This document shows, piece after piece, positions 23,661 to 37,775 of a stretch of DNA of 64,000 nt (its first letter is position 1; every line of letters begins with the position of its first letter). The notes beneath the pieces are model-generated. The model had not been told where the DNA came from and did not search any database. It worked only from the letters and a program-made list of their open reading frames with translations. Source of the stretch: Rotaria socialis. Taxonomy: Eukaryota. The translations under genes and the position numbers were made by a program. Location: the NCBI GenBank assembly GCA_905331295.1, contig CAJNYD010000070.1:1-64000 (forward strand), in the 5' to 3' direction.

Positions 23661-25152
23661 CATCTTTAAAGCTAAGTTGAAAACGATAGAAGTAATAGAT
23701 AAGAAAAATGTATGTATTCTCGAATGCGCTTCTGGCTACTAAAGTCGTATTTGTTATCAATAAAGTAAATAGAACTGAGTTATACTATTGTAAAAACTGT
23801 TAAATATTTCTGTTTTTCTAGATGAAAACTTTTTATATAGACTTTTTGACATTTTGCATAAGATTTTCTGGTCGGATCGAATCTTTTTTTTATTTAGCAG
23901 ATAAATAAAAATAGCCTTGAATTTCTATTGGATATGCAATGTTTAGAATATGAAAACCATGAGAAGCTCATACGAATGGATGTGTAAGCATTGAGTTGAC
24001 TTTTTCTTTGACCAAATTCATTGACTATATTTAGAAGTGTCGATTCACAATTTATTTATTCTTAATTTAATAAATTGCTTGGTTGGAAATTCATCATCGC
24101 CTTTAGGAAAATACATGACTTTAACAGTAGTAGAATAAATAAAAAAGAAAACTTAGTATTTAAGTGCATTCCAATCAAAGTTTCTTAAGAGATTAAGGAG
24201 AACATGCGATCTTTCTTCTTTCAAATGCTGGTATACTCGTCAACATATAGCCAAGACAACAATAAAATCTCCTAATTTCAATTTAAACTCGTCATCTCTA
24301 TCATTGATATTCCAATTCTGCATCGGAGTATTAAAATACATAGTTTTCTAAGATACACGTGCATACATAAAATTTTTACCTATTTCATAATTCTGAAGCT
24401 ACTTCTGCAGAAAAGCAAAAATTGAATTACTGATGTTCAATAAGCAACTTAAAAAGAATAAGGATGACATCATTGATACTAAAATGTGTTTAATGGGCTC
24501 GGTTACTTTCAACATAAACGAACACCTTCATAATCGCTTATATATCGGATTTCCGAGGCTATTCCTAAACATCTGGAAACATATTCATGTTTATGCTATG
24601 AATAATCTATAATTATTTAGCAAGTTTCTATTCTTTCATGTCATGGGGAAAAAACAAAGCATATTATCGATATTTGAACATAGAGAAAACGATCCAACAC
24701 GAAAATAAAAAAAGTCATGAACAGTTCTTCTTTTTCTTAAAGATTATGATTGGATTGTTTTTTTTTCATTGCAAATTGACAACAATATTGCTTGATAGAG
24801 ACATTCTATTCTCATGAGATTAGAAAAAGAAGAAGAAGAAGAAGAAGATGTTGTGCTTTCGGTTTTTTAGATAGTATATGCATGTCATCGTGTAACATCA
24901 ACAAGACGAAGACGAGAAAAAAAAAGAAAACAGTAATTATAGCTAACATTGAATTGCACGAACAAGTCTCAAATGTTGTTAGTGTGTTGCTGCCCAGGAA
25001 TACGATATTCATTTGATCGAGGAAGAAACATAGAGAAATTCCGAGAGAAAAAGGTAGCCGAGTAATCAAATAGAGAAAGAAAATAGAAAAATGACTTGAA
25101 ATTTATCAAATATATCGACAAAACAATATTTTTCCAAGGCGTTTTTGCAATT

Positions 25153-25644
25153 ATGTTATTCATCGCAAGACTCATTCTAATTATATGCTTTATTAATAGT
25201 ATTCATACATTGTCGTGTTTTAAATGTATGACAACAACTTTTGTAAATGATACATGTAGTGATCCATTCCATTCGATTGATAACCGATTCGAACCTGAAT
25301 GCCAAGCAACAATAAAAGGTAAAAATGGTCTATTTCCTGCACGATTCTGTGTAAAAATTTCTGGTATTATTGTTGATATTGATCGAGGTCTCAATCGTTC
25401 ATTAATACATAAATATCTTTATTTACGAACGTGTATCACCGAAAATATCATGAGTTCAACAAAAGCATCGGATTCAACGGGGAATTTTCGTTTGAAAGAT
25501 TTTCCTGATATCCCAGGAAGTATTAAGATGCAAGGAACAATAACATTGTGCACTGCAGATGGTTGCAATGAAGCCAACGTTAAAATCGTTCAAATATTAA
25601 CATTTCTAGTTTCATTTTTCTTTTTTGTAATTACTTGCGAATAA
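25153..25644 (+). CDS. Quiver/sleepless-type Ly6 three-finger protein, probably GPI-anchored
   Basis: Signal peptide, LSCFKC...CSDPF...C...FCVK...RTC...LCTADGCN, and a hydrophobic C-terminal tail. Confidence 0.85.
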   Translation: MLFIARLILIICFINSIHTLSCFKCMTTTFVNDTCSDPFHSIDNRFEPECQATIKGKNGLFPARFCVKISGIIVDIDRGLNRSLIHKYLYLRTCITENIMSSTKASDSTGNFRLKDFPDIPGSIKMQGTITLCTADGCNEANVKIVQILTFLVSFFFFVITCE

Positions 25645-26060
25645 ACTAATTGGTCAGATAGATTCTTTTCTTCTTTACTTTTTTTTCTTGTTGCTACTCT
25701 ATTACTCATTTAAGACTCTCTAGTTTAACATCAGAGGAAAAAAGCTTATAGTAGACGACAACAGAGAGAAAAAAAAGTTTCAGGTAAGTATTGGCAAAAA
25801 AAAACTCGGTTTGTTGTCGTCTCGTTGAAATACTCAGGTGTTAACACACAGGAATAGAAAAAATGACGTCAATAAATGACGAGAAAAATGTTAAGAACGT
25901 AGGAGAACAGGTTTATTATTGCCGTTTTATACGTGGACGACAAAATAGTGCACAAATAATGCTAAAAATCATGCTTCGTGTAGGCGAAGTCATTCCATAC
26001 TAATAAATTCTCCAACTCTCATAGGCAATCGTTCTCTTTCATCTTTAGATATTGCAGCTA

Positions 26061-27647
26061 ATGCAGAATACTCCACAATTTTTTTCTAACTATAATCCTT
26101 ATCAGATCGACGATAATTTGCCTCCCAATGTGCCTAATACATTGATTGACGGTGAACTGTTCGGATTGCCGTCGTCCTCGTCGTCGGCTCCGATGGCGAC
26201 GAATCCAACATCGGTAATGTCTCAATCAACAGCATCACCTATGAATAGATCACAGAAACGTAAAGCAACAACTGATACGGATGCAAGTTATTCACCGGCA
26301 TCGATTTGCAGTGAGAACAGTAATTATTCAAATGCATCATATCCAACTATTTCACGTCAATCAACTGATTGTTGCCGAAATCTACCATCTGGCAAGCATA
26401 AAAAATCAACGACAGCATCAATTTTAACAACATCAGCCGAAGAAGGCAGTTCAGGTGACAATGATGATGAAGATGATGATAACAATGATCTTGCACATAA
26501 ACGGGAAAAACATACACAAGTTGAAGCGCATCGACGAGCATTAGAAAAAGCACATTTTCGAGAATTATCAATGTTAATTACAAATCGAAGTGACTCAAAA
26601 TCAACCAAACTTCATCATCTTGATTTACTGAAAATAGCCGCCGATCAAATATCTGAAATGAATTTACGACATAAAAACGATCCATTACGTCCGTCAAATT
26701 TAACCGATAATGAATTAAATTTTTTAACAGTCGAAGCAAGTAATTCATTTTTATTTGTAACAACAGTTGAACAAGCAACATTTCCTATTATTCATGTTAC
26801 GGATGCAATAAATCGCATTTTAAATGTGACACGTGATCAGTGGCTTGGACAAGATTTTCTAAAATTTATACATCCGGAAGATTTAGCACGTTATCAAAGT
26901 CTAATTATGTCATTAAATCAACGTATCGGATTGCCCATTCATTTCGAATGTCGATTAAAACAACAAGGTAATCCTGATATGTATTCATCGGTTATTATTG
27001 ATGGCATGACCAAAATCATTGATCATGCATTAAAACCTGTACAAAACAATACATCAGGTTTTCTCGCATTTGTTGCAATATGCCATCTACCGTTAATAAC
27101 AAAATACAGCGAAACAAATATGCGTCTCTATAAGGATCCTCAATCGTGTACATTCCGTTGTCGTTGTTCGCCGAACGACTGGAAAATTTTTCTTGTTGAC
27201 CGTTCAGTATCAACGTTACCGTCTATATCATATGACTTATTTCGTCAAAAATCTATATTAGATTTTATACATAATCTTGAACAACAACTTTTGCATCAAA
27301 CTTTATCAGAATCATTACGAACACCAACAGTTCAAACAGTACGATGTCATTTTATGCATCCAACTTTACACATCTCAATGCCAATGTCACTTGAAATCAA
27401 ATCTTTTTTCAATACAGTTACTCATCAAGTTAACTTTATTGAATTAACATTTAAAGGTTTAACTAATTCACCAGTTGCAAAAGTAGAATCATCGATAACA
27501 TTTCCTTATGATTATGCCGCTGATGCCGATGAAATCGATAAATTATTTGAATCCGATCCATCAGTTCCAAATCAACAAATAATGAACGAACAATTCGACA
27601 ATAATCCAATGATTCAGCCTACACCAAATTATTATCAAAATCGATAG
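26061..27647 (+). CDS. Divergent class II bHLH-PAS transcription factor (ARNT/BMAL-like)
   Basis: REKHTQVEAHRR bHLH with H5/E9/R13. RPSNLTDNELNFLTVEASNSFLFV matches the ARNT PAS-A lead-in. FLKFIHPEDL (PAS-A) and SILDFIH (PAS-B). No introns in the CDS. Confidence 0.85.
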   Translation: MQNTPQFFSNYNPYQIDDNLPPNVPNTLIDGELFGLPSSSSSAPMATNPTSVMSQSTASPMNRSQKRKATTDTDASYSPASICSENSNYSNASYPTISRQSTDCCRNLPSGKHKKSTTASILTTSAEEGSSGDNDDEDDDNNDLAHKREKHTQVEAHRRALEKAHFRELSMLITNRSDSKSTKLHHLDLLKIAADQISEMNLRHKNDPLRPSNLTDNELNFLTVEASNSFLFVTTVEQATFPIIHVTDAINRILNVTRDQWLGQDFLKFIHPEDLARYQSLIMSLNQRIGLPIHFECRLKQQGNPDMYSSVIIDGMTKIIDHALKPVQNNTSGFLAFVAICHLPLITKYSETNMRLYKDPQSCTFRCRCSPNDWKIFLVDRSVSTLPSISYDLFRQKSILDFIHNLEQQLLHQTLSESLRTPTVQTVRCHFMHPTLHISMPMSLEIKSFFNTVTHQVNFIELTFKGLTNSPVAKVESSITFPYDYAADADEIDKLFESDPSVPNQQIMNEQFDNNPMIQPTPNYYQNR

Positions 27648-28976
27648 GGAACCTAAATGAACTATTCTCTAATTCAAGAAAATGAATACAAAACGCTTAC
27701 TAATAAATATCATACTCGACTTTGTATGACATACAATTTTCTTGATGCATGGGTACTTTGTTATTCTAAAAGAATAAAAACTTGACTCTATGTACATTTG
27801 TGATAGAACGCACAAGTTTATTTCTTTTTCTCTTATTCAATGTTGTGATGTTAAAAGAATAAATAATATAGTGTTATTTCGTTGTTTTGAAATGTAACAA
27901 TTTTCTTATTAGTGTTTCAAAATAATTTCCATAAAGCTTAATCGTCGAGTGTCGACAGGGACACTCCCTTTAGTTTGACTGAAAGAATTTAATTAATAGA
28001 AATATAAAGTGCAAAGATGAATTAAGTCTCCTCGTTAAACTATTTGACGTGTTTCTAGCTCCAAGATCGCAAAACTGCTTACACATGAATAGATAAAAGG
28101 AAGTGTTTATTTCTGAGTTTTGATGAATTATTATCATAAAACACTTTTTAGCACAGCAAAATGTGGAACTCAACTGCTTTCCTTATATTGACTAATCATA
28201 TGCAAAATAGCTGAAGTAAAAAAATCGTTATTATTTAGAGCTGTCGTCTATCATAGATAAATAGATTAATACCTAGTTGAGTAACAGGATATGTTAATCG
28301 ATATGATTTTTATATCAACAGAATTACTTCGACGTGTGATAATATTGAAAAATGAAGTTGGCACAAGCAAAAAATTTCCCACACGCTATATTTAGTATCA
28401 CTTCTTATTGCCAACTACTTGATACTAATTAAACGTTCGGTCCTTAATGGAACAACAAGGTTGCTTAATATTTATTTTACAAGCCTAAAGATGACGTAAA
28501 TATTTTTTTTATTTTAAAGCAAAATAAAAATAAATGATCATCCCTAGATGAGATTTATAATTGCTTTCACATATCAGATGTTTTGTCAGACACTTTGATC
28601 TTAATTGAAAGAGCATTATCATTTTCTTTAAATCTGAAGGCCTCGATGAAGTATAATTAATTATGCAATTTAATATTTGTAAGTAAAATTTTAGGCAAAA
28701 AACATTTTTTCCGATGATAATTCAGTTTGTACCGAAAAAGCTATTTTGTTTTAAATATCGTTTTCAAACCAAGCCAAGTCCCTAATTTCTTGTTCTGTAA
28801 TAGTGTATTCGAAAACGAAATTCCTATTCATAATACAACGTAGAATAATATCATTCTATTTATTTAGATAAAAAGTGGACTACACTTGTGTAGTAAATGT
28901 TTTTCTTATCTCTCACTTTCTTTTTATTACTAATAAATGTCTAAGCACTAACCGAATAATTTCATCATTTTAAACA

Positions 28977-31401
28977 ATGGCAAGTTATTCAGCTGTATCA
29001 CATTTACCCATCAGAAAACAAAGCGAAGAAACAAATCCTGCGGGTAAGAAGAAACTCTTTTACTTCAAAAGAGCATTCCTCTAGTTCGATATTGAATTCA
29101 ATGAAAAATTCAGATTTGCTATAGGAAAACAACTTTCTCTAGGTTTATACCGAGTTCCTATTCGTATTGTTTTTAGTAGCTGTTGAAAATAAAGAAATAA
29201 ACAATGAACTCTCAGCACAGATCGACGAATTGTCGCAAGACGTATCCTCGCTTACTGAACAACCTCATAATATAAACCAAACAATATCCACGATTCTTCT
29301 CAAATTAAATGAAATTTGTCATGATTTGACCACTAGAGAACATTATTCTACTTCCTTGGCTTTTGTTATTTTTAATAAGATCTTAAAAATCTATATTCAA
29401 ATTCTTGATCTTCATCAATTCGTCGATGCGATTCTACACTATGATCCAAAACGGCACGTTCATTTGCTGCGTAAATTACTCGATATCGAAAATCACTATG
29501 ATTTCGATAAATTAATTCAACAAATGTCACTCAGAGTTCAACGAGAACTATTTTTCTCTTTATTCAAACAGCTTGACTCATCGGCAAAACTCATTTCGTA
29601 TCTTCAAAACAATTTAAACACAAATTTAGATCCCGATCGAATACTTATTAATTCTTGTAGTTCTGTATTGTATACTATGTTGAAAGTGTTGAATCGTATT
29701 CAAATAACCATTACAGATAATGACTTAGAAAAATATCAAAATCCCGTTTTAACATCAATTATTAGATTTATGAATGATTATTTCAAAAATAAAGAACATT
29801 TAAGAGTCAATGAAAAAAATAATAAAAAATTAATGAAACAAATATTACTTTTCATCGCAAATTTGACTGTGAAAATATTAACGCTACGAATATTTATTAA
29901 TATTGATTATCCACAAATATGTTTATCGTGGTTATCATTATCGTATTTGAATGCTACCGGATATTTGCTCATTATCTCTACTTTAAAGGATATTGCATGC
30001 CATGACGACGGTGTAATCGTTCTCAATAAACTAAATTGTGCAAAGATCGTGCATCAATTCAAAAACGAAGCATTACATGTCCATATAGATTTCATTATTG
30101 ATAAAAACATGCGTGAACTCGTTTCTCAAATGCTCGATTTAATTCTTGTCCTCATCGTCGATCCAGATGTTCTTTTTGTTGAAGAAGTCAATAGTGATGC
30201 AATTAATCAAGTCTTATCGACAACTATAAATACCTCAGCATCTCTGATATTTCGAAACAAATGGCTTCATTTATCAGAACTATTAATAGGCTTAATGAAA
30301 TTATGTGCGAATGATAACATTTTGGATTTTATTCTTCAAAAAAATGGATGCCTGGGATTTTTTCTAACAACTTTGCGAACACTTCTATCAGACATCGGGA
30401 AGAAAAATATCGATGATGTTGATATTGGTTTAGAAGTTTTAGCCATTATGGCTTTAGGAAATATTTTATGGAGTATTTCATTTCATGATGGTTATAAAAA
30501 TGATCTAATTCAAAATATTGATTTAATCAAACTACTCGAAGAATTGCGTGAAAGTTATACACTCAATTATACGTTAGCATACATTTATATACCTCAGCAA
30601 ATGTCATCATTAAAGAGAACAGCCGACGGTATCCTACACAATTTATATCTATTATTACCTTCGAAATTAGAAAATCAATTTAACAGTAATAGAAAAATGA
30701 CTTGTTCACTGACGATTAGTTACTCTCATGTTAATATTGATTTCTGTCGACAGTTATATGATATCTTAAACGCTATTCCTAAATTATCTATCAGTGTTGA
30801 TTTTAATACTGGTAAATATCTATGGAAAGATATAGTAGAAACACTTGCGCAAGCGGATGTTGTTGTTTTTCTTCTATCAAAAGATTTTTTCTACGATAAA
30901 TCTTGTCGCCAGGAATTAATCTATGTTACGGATAAGTTGAAAAAACTATTTATTCCAATTTTTATCGATCGGGATTTTAAACCAACCGGTTGGCTACATA
31001 AACGAATAGCACGACTAAAATCTATTCAATTTGATAAAACAAATCTTATAAGTACATGTGAAGAGTTACTATCGATGATCAATGAACATCTTTATATGAA
31101 CATATCTTTAGTGAGAAATTCGTTAGATATCAAACAATGGAGTGATAAAGAAGTGAAAGAATGGTTTATGAAAAATGATATTCTACCGGAATTAGATGAG
31201 TTTTATCAATTTCGAAATGGAAATGAATTATTGTTATATGCTAAAGCAATATTAGCATATCCATGGATAAATGAATATGAAAGAATAAGAACGAGATTCG
31301 CGGAGAAATTTCAACAGAAAAATCAAAATCTGACTCAAGAACAATTTCTACAATTTATTAATCAATTACAAATTTTAAACAAACAAGTTTATTTCAATTA
31401 A
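28977..31401 (+). CDS. Helical/ARM-like repeat, TIR and SAM-like domain protein (paralogue B)
   Basis: Exon 1 28977-29043, phase-1 intron ending at a TAGTAG acceptor (29176 or 29179). TIR LTISYSHVNIDFCRQL...SCRQE; SAM-like IKQWSDKEVKEWF. Colinear with paralogue A. Confidence 0.85.
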
Positions 31402-31845
31402 AATTTTATTTTCTTTGCTTGTCTGAAGTATTGAACATCTTTGTTATCTGTTTTTAAATAAATATGAAAGCAATAGGGTACCGAATTTAATTGAGCACAC
31501 CGTAGTTCCATAGATTCCCAATCCAGAACAATTCGTCACTTTTTCCTCCAATCAAAATCAATGTTTGATTTTTACCCATTTAGAAGTGTAATTATTTATT
31601 CATGAAAAAAATATTTATTTTCTTTCAATATTTCAAAATTTCAATGAAAAATGAAACATTAAGATTTATCATATAGTCCATTGTAGACAATGGGAGGCCA
31701 CTATAAATTTGATAGGACAATCTTATTTTTTATTTACTTCTTTCATTGAAACAATCAGCGACATGTGGCCATTTTTTGTTTTTAAAATAATTATATCTTT
31801 TTCTCTTCTATTCTTTTCTAGATTTTTGACTAAAAAACCGTCATC

Positions 31846-32481
31846 ATGGGTCGTATGCATGCTCCTGGGTAAAATCTAACAAATACTCATTTTACTTTTC
31901 ATTGTAATTTCTTTTTCTTGTTTTCAGCAAGGGTATTTCAGACTCTGCTTTACCCTATAAACGAACAGTACCATCGGTATGCTTTATTTTATCTATCAAA
32001 ATAAACAATAGTAACCTTGATTTCTATTGTTCTTTCATAGTGGCTCAAATTAACATCAGAAGATGTTGTTGATCAAATATGCAAATTAGCAAAGAAAGGT
32101 TTAACACCATCACAGATCGGTAATGAAATTCGTCGACAAAATTATTCTCAATAATGAATAAATTTTATATTTACAGGTGTTATTCTTCGAGACTCTCATG
32201 GTGTTGCACAAACACGTTTTGTAACCGGCAATAAAATCTTACGTATAATGAAAGCAAAAGGTCTTGCACCAAGCAAACCAGAAGATTTACATCATTTAAT
32301 AAAGAAAGCTGTTGCCATTCGTAAACACTTGGAACGTAATCGTAAAGACAAAGATTCAAAATTCCGTTTAATTCTTGTTGAAAGTCGTATTCATCGATTA
32401 GCAAGATATTATAAAACTAAAAAAGTTTTACCACCCACATGGAAATATGAATCATCGACGGCTGCTGCTCTCCTGGCTTAA
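31846..32481 (+). CDS. RPS13: 40S ribosomal protein S13 (uS15), 4 exons
   Basis: [18 protein letters not shown]...|WLKLTSEDV...[15 protein letters not shown]...[17 protein letters not shown]...[13 protein letters not shown]. Confidence 0.97.
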
Positions 32482-32648
32482 ATGAAGATAAGAAAAACTG
32501 ACAAACAAACAAATTGTTTGAATGTTTTTTATCTCGTTTTTATATTAAAATAAAAAGAAAAGAATTATGTTGAAATAAAATATGAAACACCGAATAACAT
32601 CTGTTTCATTGTTTTAGATTAACTTTCTTTTATCTTTAAACGAGTCCG

Positions 32649-35600
32649 ATGGCCACGGAAGGACTCATCAATATTCTCGAACGAACTGTCACTGGCTGTA
32701 GGTGTTTCATTTTCAAAAGCATACATAAATAACTATGCAATTATATTTCTATTTAGCACAAGCTGATTTGGAACATGCACGAAGGTTTCTTGCTACAGCA
32801 ACTGAACAAAATTTAGTCTGTAACATAGTTTTCTTATAAAATGAATTTAATGGTTTTTGTTTTTATAGTCGGAACTTTTAAAACATTTGTCCGATATTCT
32901 AATTACCGCCACAAATAATCCAACAGCACGTGCACAAGCAGGTAAAAATAGTGACAAAATTTTTAAAGCCGAAAAGCTTTACTTAAAATGTTTCTTTTTT
33001 TTTGTTTTTTAGCATTGCAACTTAAAAATGCTCTTTATTCACGTGAAGAAGCTTTAAAACAAGTCTATCAAGATCGATGGCTTAGTATACAAGAAAATAT
33101 AAGAGATCACATTAAAACAAATGTAGGAATCATTATTGAAAAAGAACAAACAATATTTCATTTTTTTTCCTTATAAATAGTGTTTTAATGCTCTTGGTAC
33201 TGAAACTACAAAACCATCGCAAGCTGCCCAGTGTGTTGGTTATATAGCTTGTGCTGAATTACCACGTGCTCAATGGCAAGATTTGATAAGTAAGTAGTCA
33301 CGGTATCTTGATTTTGATTGATATATCGAAATTTTCATGAGAGTGTTGACGAGTGTTGATTGTATGTGTGTGTACCATCTTAGAACGCCTGGTTGACAAT
33401 GTTACTACAGTGGGCAGAACCGATAATGTACGCGAAGCGAGCTTGGAAGCACTCGGTTACATATGCCAAGATATTGTAAGCTCATTCATTCATCCGTGTG
33501 TTTTTTTGTGTTTTGTTTTCTTTTTTTCTCTTAACATAATCTTTTCTTCCTTATAACAAAAAAAGAAAAAGAAAAGGAAACAAAAGAACAAAATTTTCTC
33601 TAGGATTCAAATGTACTTGAACCTCAAAGTAATCTTATATTAACTGCACTTATCTATGGCATGCGAAAAGAAGAAACAAATGATAACGTACGACTTGCGG
33701 CCATAACAGCGTTGTTAAATTCATTAGAATTTACAAAGAATAATTTTCAAAATGATGTAAGGAAAGACGAATTTTGTTTTACGACAACAATTATTGATTA
33801 TTTTTCAACCTAGAGTGAAAGACATTATATAATGCAAGTTGTTTGTGAGGCTACACAATCAGCAAATTTAAAAATTCAAGTTGCCGCTTTACAAAATCTT
33901 GTTAAAATTCTAACACTATATTATGATTACATGGAATATTATATGGGACCAGCATTATTTGCAGTAAGAAGATTTTCCTTTCTTCAAGATAATTTATTAA
34001 GCATGGGTCATAGGGATTTTCATAGAAGTTCTAGCCTATATGTTATGGCAACTAAATTTTATTTTCTATTTTCAAGATCACAATGGATGCGATGAAATCA
34101 CCTCACGATGAAATAGCTTTACAAGGTATTGAGTTTTGGTCGAATGTTTGCGATGAAGAATATGAATTACAATTACTTCAACAAGAAGTAAGTTTCGTTG
34201 ACATGATCGAGATTTCGGTTTTTGCTCATAGAGATCGTGTTTTTGTTTTAGTCACAAGAACAAAATCGCCAACCTGAACGAACAAGCCGTTATTATGCCC
34301 GTGGTGCATTACCGTATTTAGTACCAGTTTTACTTCAGCGATTAACAATGCAAGAAGAAACTGATGATGACGACGAGTGGAATCCATGTAAATCGGCTGG
34401 TGTTTGTCTTATGCTCTTAGCTAATTGTGCTGAGAATGCAATAATTCAATATGTTTTTCCGTTTGTCAGCGCCAATATAAAAAATTCCGACTGGAGAAAT
34501 CGAGAAGCAGCTGTTATGGCATTCGGTTCAATGTTAGAAGGACCCGACGTTGCAAGTATTAAGCCAATAGCTGAACAAGCTATACCATTTTTACTTGAAC
34601 TACTACGTGATTCCAATGTTGCCGTACGTGATACAACAGCGTGGACGATCGGACGAATATTTGAATTTGTTTCACAAGCGGTTATGACAAACGAATTACT
34701 TCGAGCTATTGGAAGTACACTTGTAAATGGTTTAGATGATGTACCACGTGTTGCAACAAATATTTGCTGGGTAAGTCGAAAAGATGAAAACGAACATTTT
34801 TGTAAAATCTGTTGTTTTCCAGTCATTTTCAAGTTTAGCACGAGCAGCATATGATCATGCCGAAAGTTCAGAGGATGATGATACACCGAATACTTATTTA
34901 TTATCGCCATTTTTTGATGATATTGTAAAAAAACTTATTGAAACAACGGATAGGTAAATAAAACGAGATTTTTTGTTAAGTTTTGAAAATGTTTTCTCCC
35001 TTTAGACCTGATGGTAATCAATCAAATTTACGAAACGCAGCTTATGAAGCACTAATGGAAATGATTCGACATAGTCCAAAAGTATGAACGAACAATTTTA
35101 ATGAAAAATATATTCGAGATTTTTTTTTTTTTTTTGAATGTTAGGATTGTTATGTTACCGTTCAAAAAACAACTGTAACTGTACTTGATCGTCTTAATCG
35201 TGTTATATCTGTTGAAAGTCATGCATCGAATCCAAATGATAGAGTGCAACTCAGTGATCTTCAATCATTACTTTGCGCAACACTTCAAGTAAATAAAGAA
35301 AATTATGTCGTCTTCTGATTTGAAAAAAATCTTTTCTTAAATTTAGAGTGTCCTACGAAAAATGCAACCTAATGACGCACCATTAATATCGGATCCCATC
35401 ATGCAAGCTCTATTACAAATGCTTAAAACAAGCACCGGTAAAGCAAGTGCTGTTCAAGAAGATGCACTTGTTGCCATTGGTACTCTTGTTGAAGGTTTGT
35501 TTTGTGGCAGTCTTGGATTTTGCCTAACATTATTCATTCATTTTCTTTTTGTTTAGTATTGGGAATAAATTTTATGAAATACATGGAACATGTTCTTCCA

Positions 35601-36326
35601 TTTATTTATGAAGCATTAAATAATCATTCAGAATATCAAATATGCGCAGCTGCAGTCGGTGTTATCGCTGATCTAAGTCGTTCATTACTTGATAAATTAA
35701 CACCCTACTGCGATCTCATAATGACACATTTACTTACATGTCTTAGTGTAAGTTGATTTGATAATTTTGTCTTAGAATTTTTTTTCTTGTTTTAGAACGA
35801 CAAATTACATCGATCAGTGAAACCTCAAATTCTAAGTACATTTGGTGACATCGCTTTGGCGATTGGTGGTAATTTTAAAAAATATCTTGAACATGTTTTA
35901 AATACACTCAATCAAGCTTGCCGTGCTCAAGTAGCAAACAATGATTATGATATGATTGATTATCTAAATGAATTACGCGAAGGTTGTCTATCTGCATATA
36001 CTGGTATAATTCAAGGTCTACGTAATCCAACAACTACGAATACAGCAGCACTTGCAGAATTACAATTAGTTACAGCTCAACTACCATTCATAGTGCAATT
36101 TCTTGAAACTATAGCACGTGATCCAAACAAATCTGATTCAATCGTTGGTGCAGCAATTGGTTTAATTGGTGATCTTGTTACATCTTATGGTCAAGCTATG
36201 TTACAGTTCGTTGAACGTGAACCATTCGAAAAATTATTAGCAGAAGGTAAACGATCAAAAGTCATGAAGACAAAAACATTGGCGAATTGGGCAATTAAAG
36301 AAATTAGAAAGTTAAAAAACAATTAA
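32649..36326 (+). CDS. KPNB1: Importin subunit beta-1, multi-exon
   Basis: [85 protein letters not shown] and [10 protein letters not shown]. Confidence 0.95.
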
Positions 36327-37179
36327 AATATTAACAAAAACAAAGGAGAGAGAGAGAGAGGGAGAGAAAAAACTAAGCCTCTATTTCATTGTGTGCGTGC
36401 GTGTGTGTATGTGTGTGGTGAGATACTTCTTTCTTTTTTTTCCTTCTTTTTCTTCTGTTTAACAGACATCTCTACTTTTTTGTCATAACGGTAGGTAATT
36501 CTTGTACGGTTTATTTTATTCTTTTCTCTACTCATGTAAAACCCGCCGGTGGTTCTTTTTTTTGTCTTTTGAATCTCCCTTTGATCGACTAAACTCTATG
36601 TCTATTCTGTTAGCAGCCCTTTTTCTACTCTTTTTTTTCTGTCTGTGTGTTGCTGGTGCTGTGAAATCTGTGTATGTGCGCGTGTGAGTGGCGCGATCGA
36701 TCATTCTCACTCTCTCGTCAATCTATTTTCGTCCTTGAATAAAAACGTTCAAACAAATTGGCTTTAATATACAACATAGTCACAATAGTATATGTTCACA
36801 TTTGTTTTTTATACATGATTTAAAAAGAAAAAAAAAGATACGACAACTGCTTTTACAATGTATGAATATATATATGTTGATTGTAATTCATTATCGAACT
36901 TTATGCCATTGAAACAAGAAGAGTTGCCATAAAATTTGTATAATATTTCGAGATCAGTGTGAATCATTTCAATTGTAGAAATTTTTTTTTCTATTAAGAA
37001 CATGAATGAATATATAATTTCATACTTAGATATTTTCATTATAAAATACTCAAGCTTCTACTGATATTCAATGTTGAAATCACTGCTTTATATCCACAAG
37101 TGAATATAGTGCATCAACTGTTTGTTTTTGCTTATTTGAAAGAAAAAACAAATCTTAATGAATCTATGCGATTGAATCA

Positions 37180-37775
37180 TTGAATTCTATGGTTGTCATT
37201 ATCAACAACATAGAGATTGCCACGCCGATTCACAGTGCCTTGTTTCCCTTGGTGATTTCAACGGATCACTCGACCATTCCCAGATTTTGCCACATAGAGT
37301 GTACCCGATATATCGATGAACAGTCCTCGAGGATAACACAATTGCGTCAGAGCATTCCCTCCAGCGACCACAATTCCTTCTTGTGCACCTTTACTTCATT
37401 TCATTACACGATTGTTCAGGTAGTCTGATACGTACAGGGCCTGTTGTAGATCGACAAAAACAGAAGTCGGCGTGCTGAGTTGATTAAGATTTGTACCATT
37501 CCCATTTCCGTTTGCCACAAGAGTTACAGTTCTATCTCCCGTTTGATATCGTTTAACTTCATGTTTTCCTAGATCATTACCATCAGCAACGACTTGTCCA
37601 TTCCTATCACACATCTTCCATCGGATGATACGATGATTACGGCTATCAGCAATGATTATTGTGTGATCCTTCTCAATGAAAAACCCCCAAGACGCGGAGA
37701 GCTGATTGGTGGCACAGCCATTCCCGTTACCTCCAGCAACAGTCATTCCGTTCTGATTCCATTGCTCATTATCTG
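37180..37775 (-). pseudogene. NHL-repeat gene fragment with deletions and frame disruptions
   Basis: TVAGGNGNG, IIADSRNHRI, VANGNGNGTNLNQLSTPTSVFVD and LYVSDYLNNRVMK followed by a premature stop. Repeats continue broken downstream. Confidence 0.75.
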
